Shown here piece after piece: positions 9,133 through 17,084 of a DNA stretch of 64,000 nucleotides. A program made the translations under genes and the position numbers. The DNA is from Spirochaetaceae bacterium. GTDB lineage: Bacteria > Spirochaetota > Spirochaetia > DSM-2461. Position 1 is the stretch's first letter; each line of letters begins with the position of its first letter. Under the pieces are notes generated by a model, which did not search any database, had not been told where the DNA came from, and saw nothing but the letters and a program-made list of their open reading frames with translations. The DNA lies in assembly GCA_965224705.1 (NCBI GenBank), contig OZ245056.1, positions 608,001-672,000 on the forward strand. The letters are read 5' to 3'.

Positions 9133-9971
9133 AGTTCTTTCTCCTGTAAGCCGATCCTGGTATCATCCATGGATCGTTTAGTAATATATTCCATCATCGC
9201 ATTGTCCCGGAATGGCAATCCAAGGTCAGCGTTGATTATTTGGCCATTTATTGCGGACATCAATCCGCTGCACAGTGCCAGTATAACTTTACCACATTCA
9301 GTGGGTGTTAGGATAGCATCTTCACCAATACCTTTGTTTTCCTTCAGCCACTCAAAATACTCCTCTCCAAATATAGCCGTAAATGAAGGTGTACGAACAG
9401 TTCCAAACCGTATTGTATTCACACGGCAGCCATCATCATAGAGGTGTACGGCTAAATATCGTGTAAAAAACTCCAATAATGCCTTGGAAGCCGCTACATA
9501 GTCATAGCCTCGATAATAGTTGTCCGGCCCGTTTGAAGAAATTCCAACAACAGTCTCAGGATACCTGCCAAATTTCTTTTTCGCCTGACGGACATAGTCT
9601 ATCAGAGGCCAGGAACTGTAATCAAAGGATTTATACAGGGATTTCTTCCTGTAATCCTCCAGGGTTTCCGCCTTCAGGGCGAATCCGACATTGGAGACAA
9701 AAATATCTATCCCATCATGCTCTTTCCCTATCATCTCCATCACGGTGACCGTATCTTCTTCCCGGGAGACATCGGCTTCCAGGATGAGTGGGGATGGGGC
9801 ACCTTTCGACCTGAAGAGTTTCAAGACTTCATCTTCGGGAGTAGAGCCCCAGCGATGAGTAAGAACAGAACGCACACCGGCAGCACCAAGTTCCAGTCCT
9901 GCTGCAAGACCGATACCGCTGGTTCCACCAGTTATGAGAGCCGTTTTCCCGCTTAGATCAATGGAAGTCAT
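9129..9971 (-). CDS. SDR, probable enoyl-ACP reductase (FabI/FabL type)
   Basis: TGGTSGIG; catalytic Y-x6-K (YDYVAASK) typical of enoyl reductases. Confidence 0.75.
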   Translation of the reverse strand: MTSIDLSGKTALITGGTSGIGLAAGLELGAAGVRSVLTHRWGSTPEDEVLKLFRSKGAPSPLILEADVSREEDTVTVMEMIGKEHDGIDIFVSNVGFALKAETLEDYRKKSLYKSFDYSSWPLIDYVRQAKKKFGRYPETVVGISSNGPDNYYRGYDYVAASKALLEFFTRYLAVHLYDDGCRVNTIRFGTVRTPSFTAIFGEEYFEWLKENKGIGEDAILTPTECGKVILALCSGLMSAINGQIINADLGLPFRDNAMMEYITKRSMDDTRIGLQEKEL

Positions 9972-9983
9972 TCAGCCAAACTC

Positions 9984-10736
9984 CTAATTCGCATAAAACT
10001 CATCAATGATTTTCCTGGTTTCAGAGTAACCAAAGCTGATACGATGCATCAGATCCTCCTGTTTCCTGGCTTCATTAAGCAGTTGCCTCTTTCGTGCACT
10101 CAGGGTGTATTTTAACAGTCGAATGGAAGCTGGATTTTTTTCAGCTATCTGCCGTGCGAGATCTTTAGCAACATTTATAACCCGCATTTTTGTAACAAAT
10201 CGGTTGATGTTTGTATTCATACGTTCAAGCTCAATTCCCTTGAAACGTTTCGCCGTGAACATCATTTCATTCGCCACGAAAGGACCAACCATGTCGGCCA
10301 GCAGAGTAGTGATTCCCATCCCGGGGGTAAATCCCATCGACATGAAAACGGCTCCGTAACGGCTTTCTTTCGCCGCGATAACGATGTCTGAACAGCAGGC
10401 CAGGGCTAAGCCGCCTCCCAGAGCATGACCCTCCATGGCCGCAATAATTGGGAATTCGGCATTCAACAGTCTTTCCGACAGAATAAGATCTTTCACGAGA
10501 ATTTTTCCCTCGGTAAGGGCCATCAGAGTATTTTTATCGGCACCGGCACAAAAAACATCATGAAGTCCGCAAAGAACCATAACGCGTGGAGGTTCTCTCA
10601 AAGCTTCCACTTCATCCATAGTTCGCACAAAATCAGCAATGAATGTTTCAGAGAAAACATTTTTTCCCTTCTCATCATTCAATTTAAACCACCCAACACC
10701 ATTAGGATCCACTGTGAAGGTAATGACACCACTCAT
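9984..10736 (-). CDS. Crotonase ECH2 (PksI-like methylglutaconyl-ACP decarboxylase)
   Basis: AMEGHALGGG, FMSMGFTPGMG and C-terminal EDLMH resemble PksI signatures. Confidence 0.85.
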   Translation of the reverse strand: MSGVITFTVDPNGVGWFKLNDEKGKNVFSETFIADFVRTMDEVEALREPPRVMVLCGLHDVFCAGADKNTLMALTEGKILVKDLILSERLLNAEFPIIAAMEGHALGGGLALACCSDIVIAAKESRYGAVFMSMGFTPGMGITTLLADMVGPFVANEMMFTAKRFKGIELERMNTNINRFVTKMRVINVAKDLARQIAEKNPASIRLLKYTLSARKRQLLNEARKQEDLMHRISFGYSETRKIIDEFYAN

Positions 10737-11599
10737 TGATCATCTCCTTGAAATGGTTCACAAAGGGGAACAGTGGGGCGATATGATTCAAACCAACCGG
10801 GCAGTTCTCCACTGGAAAAACCTTTTATTGCTTCCAATGTATCAGGACTGACCGCTATATTCACAAGTTCTTCCACTGCAAGATTCCTCTGTTCCTCAAG
10901 GGTTAAATATCTCAATTTCTGCATAAAAGCTTTTTGCCTGCCTGTAGCCGCCGGTGAAAGACGCATAAGCCGTCGGCCAAGTTTATTCACAGCCTTTTTC
11001 AGATTATAGTCAGAATGCACCTCATCAACCAAGCCCCAGGATAGAGCAGTTTGAGCATCAATGCATGCAGCCGTTTGAACCAGATAAGCCGCCCTCTTAA
11101 CCGGCATCCGCATGGACAGAATATAGGGCATCACATTGGCTGGAATGAGACCAAGATAGAGTTCACTCAGCTCAAAACTTGCAGAATCAGAGGCTATAAC
11201 AACATCACAGGCCGCTGCCAGTCCCACTCCGCCAGCTTTCACAGCACCCCGAATAAGAGCTGTTGTAGTTTTGGAACATTTGTGTATTTCCTCAAGAAGA
11301 CAGGAATAGGCTGTAACACTGTCACGAAACCTGACTGCTGAATCACTGATGTTCTCAGAATTAAAGGCATCAAGATCCATGCCGAGACTGAAAACCGGTC
11401 CGTTGGACCGGAGTAGAATAAACCGGACAGAATCATCGGTAGAAAAATCCCGTACAGCACTCCGGATACCTTCAATCAAACTGGCATTGAGACGATTACC
11501 TCCAGTGGAATCTGTCATCGTTATTATGCCCGCACCAGAATCGATTATAGTCTTTACTGGCAAAAGTTCAGCTCCAGCCGTAGTGACGGACGTATCCAT
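10733..11599 (-). CDS. Crotonase ECH1 (PksH-like HMG-ACP dehydratase)
   Basis: FSLGMD, AGGVGLAAACD, FELSELYLGLIPANVMP resemble PksH. Confidence 0.85.
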   Translation of the reverse strand: MDTSVTTAGAELLPVKTIIDSGAGIITMTDSTGGNRLNASLIEGIRSAVRDFSTDDSVRFILLRSNGPVFSLGMDLDAFNSENISDSAVRFRDSVTAYSCLLEEIHKCSKTTTALIRGAVKAGGVGLAAACDVVIASDSASFELSELYLGLIPANVMPYILSMRMPVKRAAYLVQTAACIDAQTALSWGLVDEVHSDYNLKKAVNKLGRRLMRLSPAATGRQKAFMQKLRYLTLEEQRNLAVEELVNIAVSPDTLEAIKGFSSGELPGWFESYRPTVPLCEPFQGDDQ

Positions 11600-12797
11600 C
11601 CACTTTATTCAGTGTCAGCAGTCCTTTCCCCTGATAGTTACTGTCCCATAATCCAGCAGGGAAATCGCGATCCGGTATATAATTTTCCTTCTCAATACTG
11701 TCCTTGCGTTTGACATCAACCTCTTCGTATTCCTGAACACTGGCTTCACGGCGGCGATCCAATTGTCCATCAATATCCATGGTCCTGACTTGCTCAATAC
11801 CGCCGTCAAGAACCCGGCCACTCCAGAATTCCCCTATGGCACCCGATCCATACGCATAGTAACCAATACGATCCCCGGCCCGTACAGGGGCTTCTCCAGA
11901 AAGCAGGCTGGCCGTCCCTACAAAGTTGCTGGAGCCGTATGTGGAACCAAGCCGCCGAGAATACTTCAACGCAGGAAATACTCTTTTCTGAAAGTCTTCC
12001 TGCACCTCAGCTTTCTTACGCAGACTGTTAATATTACAGAGTGTTCGGTGAGCCTGGAATGCCATACCAGGAAAGGGGGTATGATAACATAACCATTGAT
12101 GATCGGCATCAAAGTCAACTTCGGTCCCTGTTCGTGAGACATAATCATCCCAGGCTCCTTCCAGGGCATCCAGGTATGAATACAAACTCACCTCATTATT
12201 CCCTACTTCACCGGTGGCACTTGGACGCCAGGTATCATAGATATCAGTAGACCATGTCCCTTTGCGGTATGGTTCAAACTCAACAATTTTCGGCACTTCG
12301 CTGATCAGAAGAGCAGCCGCAACGCCGCCAAGAACAAATTCTTCCTTTTTTTTCAGATGCTCCCGGGAGAAGTCAGAGGCTATGATCAAAGCTTTACGGC
12401 CTTGATTCAGTCCTGATGCAACCCAGTTGACTCCCGTATCCAGAGCAGCCAGACCGCTGTAGCAGGCATGTTTGACTTCATAATTCCTTATATTCTGATT
12501 TAAACCCAGCGCTCCGATAATATTCGTGGAAATTGGTTTCCCAAAGTCGACTGAACCTTCCGTTCCCACAATGAGCATGCCAATACTATCCGGGTCAACA
12601 TCATTCATCAGCGTCTTTGCCGCATTGGCACCCATGGTAACCGTATCCTCCCATACAGGATTCAAAGATCGGGTGTCGATAAGATAATCACCAATAACGG
12701 TTTTAGGATCCTTGTTCCGGGCTAGAGCTATTTGCCGCTGTTCAACGAACATGCTGCATCCATAGATATTCAATTTCTCGATTCCCACTCTATTCAT
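11568..12797 (-). CDS. HMG-CoA-synthase-like HMG-ACP synthase (PksG type)
   Basis: GTEGSVDFGKP (Glu), EVKHACYSG (Cys), YHTPFPGM (His); adjacent to ECH1/ECH2. Confidence 0.92.
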   Translation of the reverse strand: MNRVGIEKLNIYGCSMFVEQRQIALARNKDPKTVIGDYLIDTRSLNPVWEDTVTMGANAAKTLMNDVDPDSIGMLIVGTEGSVDFGKPISTNIIGALGLNQNIRNYEVKHACYSGLAALDTGVNWVASGLNQGRKALIIASDFSREHLKKKEEFVLGGVAAALLISEVPKIVEFEPYRKGTWSTDIYDTWRPSATGEVGNNEVSLYSYLDALEGAWDDYVSRTGTEVDFDADHQWLCYHTPFPGMAFQAHRTLCNINSLRKKAEVQEDFQKRVFPALKYSRRLGSTYGSSNFVGTASLLSGEAPVRAGDRIGYYAYGSGAIGEFWSGRVLDGGIEQVRTMDIDGQLDRRREASVQEYEEVDVKRKDSIEKENYIPDRDFPAGLWDSNYQGKGLLTLNKVDGYVRHYGWS

Positions 12798-12838
12798 ATA
12801 ATTTCCTCATAATTTCATTCCTGATCCTATCGGGATTC

Positions 12839-13579
12839 CTATGGAATATAGGTTAATCCTCCGGCAACACATAGGTTCTCTCCATTGATAAAACCAGCTT
12901 TTTCTGTTGTAAGATAATACACCGCATCCGCTATTTCCTCCGCTTCCCCTATCCTTTTGATGGGACAGTACTCCATCCATATCTTTTTCAGTTTCTGTGC
13001 CAGATGCTCCTCTGTCATATCCGTTTCCACATATCCAACCGTAACGACATTGGAAGTGATTCCCTTGGCACCATATTCCCGGGCTACTGTTTTCGACAGA
13101 GTCACCAGGCCGCCCTTGCTGACAGAGTAACTTACCTGACCGCTTGAACCATCCTGGGCAAGCGATGAGATGTTAATTATGCGGCCATATCTTGCTCCAA
13201 CCATGGACATGAGGAACTGTCGGATCATGTAAAAAGGGCCCGTTAAGTTGGTGCGGATTACATCATTCCATTCATCATTACTCATGAAGGCAACGGCATT
13301 ATTCCGATTAATCGCTGCATTATTGACCAGAACTCCAATTTCTCCGAAGTCGTTCAGAGCCTCTTCCACGACAGATTCAACCTGTTCCGGGTATCCCTGG
13401 TCCAATTGATAGGATTGGATTTTTGCATTCGAGTTGATTTTTTTAGCTGATTCGATGGTTTTGGCCGCAGCTTCGATATTGCTGGCATAGCTGAAGGCAC
13501 ATCCATAGCCTTCCTCAATGAACTTGAGAACAATTGCCTGGCCGATACCTCTGGAACCGCCAGTAACAAAGCAATTCAT
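12839..13579 (-). CDS. 3-oxoacyl-ACP reductase, FabG-like
   Basis: TGGSRGIG, NNAA, ISS, YSVSK. Confidence 0.88.
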   Translation of the reverse strand: MNCFVTGGSRGIGQAIVLKFIEEGYGCAFSYASNIEAAAKTIESAKKINSNAKIQSYQLDQGYPEQVESVVEEALNDFGEIGVLVNNAAINRNNAVAFMSNDEWNDVIRTNLTGPFYMIRQFLMSMVGARYGRIINISSLAQDGSSGQVSYSVSKGGLVTLSKTVAREYGAKGITSNVVTVGYVETDMTEEHLAQKLKKIWMEYCPIKRIGEAEEIADAVYYLTTEKAGFINGENLCVAGGLTYIP

Positions 13580-14862
13580 GATCCCTCCTCATATCGTTTA
13601 ATAAGTGAGCAACAGTTGATACCTCCGAAACCAAAGGAATTTTTGAGCATCATACTGATGTGATAGTCCTCTGCTTCTGTTATAACATTGAGCTTGATTT
13701 CCGGATCCAGCCTGTCAATATTGATTGTGGGATGAAGACGTCCATGCTTCATTTGCAGTAATCCGCCAATGGTTTCCACCAGTGGACTGCCCCAGCAGGT
13801 ATGTCCCAGCATGGATTTCGGGGCATTGATTCTAAGATTCCCGGCATGTTCTCCAAATGTCTCCTGAATGGCCAGAACTTCCTGTAAATCACCGGACGGG
13901 GTTCCCGTTGCATGGCAATTGACATAGTCAACCTCCCAGGGTTCGACTCCTGTCATGGATAGCAGATCTTTCATAACTCTGGCCTGGTTTTCTGCACCGG
14001 GCATGGGAAGGTGATTGGCATTGGATCCCGCTTTCACCCCCAGTAACTCCCCATAGATAGGAGCATTCCTTTCCAGTGCGGTATCAAGGCTTTCAAGAAT
14101 GAGCGTAGCTGAACCATGGGAGTAGAGGAAACCACATCGATCTGAATCAAATGGCCTGGACGCTTCGGTGGGCCTGTTTTGATAGTCCGGACGAATGACC
14201 ACAGCATTGATGATTGCTGAAGCCTGGATATCAGCGGGAGAAACATCAAAAGGAGGACCGCATACAACGGACCGGACTGATTCACCGCTGAGGATGTCTC
14301 GCAGTCCTTCCCTGAGTGCTAAATTACCGCTTGCACAGGCTCCTCCAATGGTAAACGAGGGCCCCTTTGCGCCCAATACTTCCGCAACAATTCCGGGGAT
14401 ATTGGGATCTATCGCCTCCACTCCCGCCAGTGCATCAATCCACTCAGGCTCTTCCTGGAACTGTTTTGTTACCTCAAACATGTAATTGGAATTGAAATTA
14501 TGTCCGGCAACCATCACCCCGGTATCGACGGGATTTCCTTCATCAATCTTCAAGCCTGCGTCTTTCCAGGCAGCCAGAGTTGTAAGAATTGCCATACGTG
14601 CGGAAAAAGTTGTATATCGAAAAAGCTTCTTCACTGTTTTGAAGCGATCCCTGCCTAAAAAATCCTGAAATTGCTCCAATGCAGCTTTTGTATCGTAATC
14701 GCCAAGATCCCCTCCGATCTTACACTCAACATTGCTCAGGTCAATTGATGTCCATTGTTTCATTCCGGACTTTCCAGCAATGAGAGCTTCATAGTAGCCG
14801 TCCAGTGTATCGGCAAGAGGGTTGATCGTACCCATACCGGTAATGACTATACGTTTATTCAT
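13576..14862 (-). CDS. Stand-alone ketosynthase (PksF/FabF-like) with intact Cys-His-His
   Basis: FTIGGACASG, NCHATGT, KSMLGHT, NSFGFGG. Confidence 0.88.
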   Translation of the reverse strand: MNKRIVITGMGTINPLADTLDGYYEALIAGKSGMKQWTSIDLSNVECKIGGDLGDYDTKAALEQFQDFLGRDRFKTVKKLFRYTTFSARMAILTTLAAWKDAGLKIDEGNPVDTGVMVAGHNFNSNYMFEVTKQFQEEPEWIDALAGVEAIDPNIPGIVAEVLGAKGPSFTIGGACASGNLALREGLRDILSGESVRSVVCGPPFDVSPADIQASAIINAVVIRPDYQNRPTEASRPFDSDRCGFLYSHGSATLILESLDTALERNAPIYGELLGVKAGSNANHLPMPGAENQARVMKDLLSMTGVEPWEVDYVNCHATGTPSGDLQEVLAIQETFGEHAGNLRINAPKSMLGHTCWGSPLVETIGGLLQMKHGRLHPTINIDRLDPEIKLNVITEAEDYHISMMLKNSFGFGGINCCSLIKRYEEGS

Positions 14863-15782
14863 AGTAAACCTTCGATAGCATCCAGTTTTCCCGCAGGTCT
14901 TGCCCGAAGTTTACTTCTCATGTTTTTCCACAACCCGGTAAGAACTGTTCCAGGTCCCACTTCGAGAACCTGATCCGGGTTAAGATCCATCAATGCTTTT
15001 TGACTGTCAACCCATCGGACACAATGGTCAAGCTGGTCCAGACATGTCTGTCTCAATTCATCACCTCTGCTGGCAGTTGCCGCTGTAGTATTGACATATA
15101 TGGGGATCTTCGGATCTGAAAAGACGATACCATCAAGGAATTCAGAAAACTCCGGTTTCGCATCTTCAAGCAATGGGGAATGAAAAGGACCGGAGACCAT
15201 GAGTTTCACCTGTTTCATCGCACCAGCCTCTTCCAATTTTTCCTCAGCCTTACTCAATCCAGCAGCCGTACCGGAAAGGACGGATTGATTCGGCGAACTG
15301 TGGAGTGCGATATAAACGTCATCAATTCCATTAATGGCCATGGCAATTTTTTCTCTATCCAGACCCAGTACGGCACTCATTCCCACAGGACCATCCGGTG
15401 TATCTTTGGTTCGACTGATTCTTTCAAGCAGTTTGCCTCTTTTATCAACAACTCGCAGAAGATCCCCCCGGGTCAACACTCCAGCCTGGTAAAGAGCTGT
15501 GTATTCTCCAAGACTGAATCCCGCACAGGCAGAAGCTGTAATACCACGAGCTTCCAGAGCCATGGATGCTGCCATACTCACAAGAATTATGGCAACCTGA
15601 GCGACATCGGTCGCTTTGAGTTCCTCTGCACTGCTATCAAACAGGATCTTTGCCCAATCACGACCGTTGATGTCCGATGCTTCATCGAATAATTGACGCA
15701 CATTCAGATCGGCATTATATAAATCTTGCCCCATACCAGGATACTGAGCCCCCTGGCCTGGAAAGAGAAATATTGTTTTCAT
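14859..15782 (-). CDS. Malonyl-CoA:ACP transacylase, FabD-like
   Basis: FLFPGQGAQ, AGFSLGEY, VSGPFHS, EVGPG; start placed at second Met. Confidence 0.92.
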   Translation of the reverse strand: MKTIFLFPGQGAQYPGMGQDLYNADLNVRQLFDEASDINGRDWAKILFDSSAEELKATDVAQVAIILVSMAASMALEARGITASACAGFSLGEYTALYQAGVLTRGDLLRVVDKRGKLLERISRTKDTPDGPVGMSAVLGLDREKIAMAINGIDDVYIALHSSPNQSVLSGTAAGLSKAEEKLEEAGAMKQVKLMVSGPFHSPLLEDAKPEFSEFLDGIVFSDPKIPIYVNTTAATASRGDELRQTCLDQLDHCVRWVDSQKALMDLNPDQVLEVGPGTVLTGLWKNMRSKLRARPAGKLDAIEGLL

Positions 15783-15853
15783 TGCTTCTCCATCTGATTC
15801 TTGAGTATGCAAAGTACCCTGGATCAGAAAAATATTTCAAGTACATTAAATCA

Positions 15854-16981
15854 TCAAAGAGTCTTATCATACACTCGATGGATTTTATAATGCACACAAC
15901 CCCACTTTTCCAATAGATTTCTCAAAGGATAGTTAGTTTCAAGAATCCAGCTGAACTCACCAATGTCCATATTGGTACTCAGTCCATCATCATTGAGTTT
16001 AGTCATCATCAGTCCATCAATTCCCTTGCCCTGATATTCCGGTAACACGCCAAAAGCAGCAACACGAAGTATTTTGGCCTTTTTCTTCGCTGCCAGCAGT
16101 TTGAAGATTCCGAAAGGGAAAAGCTTCCCCTCAAGCTTCTGTAAAGCGAAATTTATATCTGGTATGGGGAAACAAAACCCAACAGCTTCGCCATCTATCT
16201 CAGCGATATAAGTAAGCTTTGGGTTCATCATTATCTTTATGCCTTTTGCCATTTTCTTGAATTCAGGGTCATACCAGGGAGTAAATCCCCAGTTGTTATG
16301 CCAACCTCTTTCCCAGATTTCCTTTACAACTGCAACTTCGGCATCCCAGTTTTTAATGCTGGCCGTCCTGATAGTAATACCATTGCGTTTCGCTGCCAGT
16401 TCAGAAATCCGCCGGATTCTGTCACTGACAGGCGCCTCTCTTACATTCCTCCGATAGGAGTATAGATCCTGTGCCCTGGTATAACCGGCATTTTCAATCT
16501 GCTGACCATAATACGGCGCCGAGTAGGGCATATCGATAACTGGCAATTCTTCAAAATTATTAATCTGGTTCCCAACCTGGAAATTGGTGGAACCATTGAC
16601 AGGCCCCATAACCTTCTCCATGCCCCTGGATCTCAACCATTCTTCTGCTGTTCTGAATAACGCTTCGCTGACATCCGGACGGTCAAGGCATTCATAGTAA
16701 CCAAAGAAACCGGTCTGAGTCTTTTGATATTCAACATAATTCTGATCAATAAATGCGGCGATGCGGCCAAGAACCTTCCCATTTTCCCTGGCAAGCCAGA
16801 ATTGCCCTTCGGTATGGTCATACATGGGATTCTTCTTATTCATAACCTGGCGTAGATCCATATTGAGGGGAGGGACCCAGTTACTGTATCGGAAACAATG
16901 GCTCCAATACACATCGTAGGGGAGACGAATAAATTCCTTATTATCTTTTCGGTTTACGACTTCACCGATCTCAACATCCAT
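15854..16981 (-). CDS. GNAT-fold N-acyltransferase, YghO/bacterial ceramide synthase-like
   Basis: FIRLPY..NWVPPL, GRIAAF, GFFGYYEC, PYSAPYY, NWGFTP, PDIN, GVLPEYQGKG, SWILETN. Confidence 0.78.
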   Translation of the reverse strand: MDVEIGEVVNRKDNKEFIRLPYDVYWSHCFRYSNWVPPLNMDLRQVMNKKNPMYDHTEGQFWLARENGKVLGRIAAFIDQNYVEYQKTQTGFFGYYECLDRPDVSEALFRTAEEWLRSRGMEKVMGPVNGSTNFQVGNQINNFEELPVIDMPYSAPYYGQQIENAGYTRAQDLYSYRRNVREAPVSDRIRRISELAAKRNGITIRTASIKNWDAEVAVVKEIWERGWHNNWGFTPWYDPEFKKMAKGIKIMMNPKLTYIAEIDGEAVGFCFPIPDINFALQKLEGKLFPFGIFKLLAAKKKAKILRVAAFGVLPEYQGKGIDGLMMTKLNDDGLSTNMDIGEFSWILETNYPLRNLLEKWGCVHYKIHRVYDKTL

Positions 16982-17084
16982 GACTCTTCCCAGAATACCA
17001 GCAATAATCGGCTATTGCAAGACGAAATCAGGCTTGAATTGTTTCCTGACCTGGTTTTCATGCCGTGTTTCATTTTTCTGATAA

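Noticed and set aside
11568..12797. HMG-CoA synthase as a mevalonate-pathway enzyme
   Set aside because: No HMG-CoA reductase, thiolase or mevalonate kinases nearby; motifs and neighbours are PksG-type
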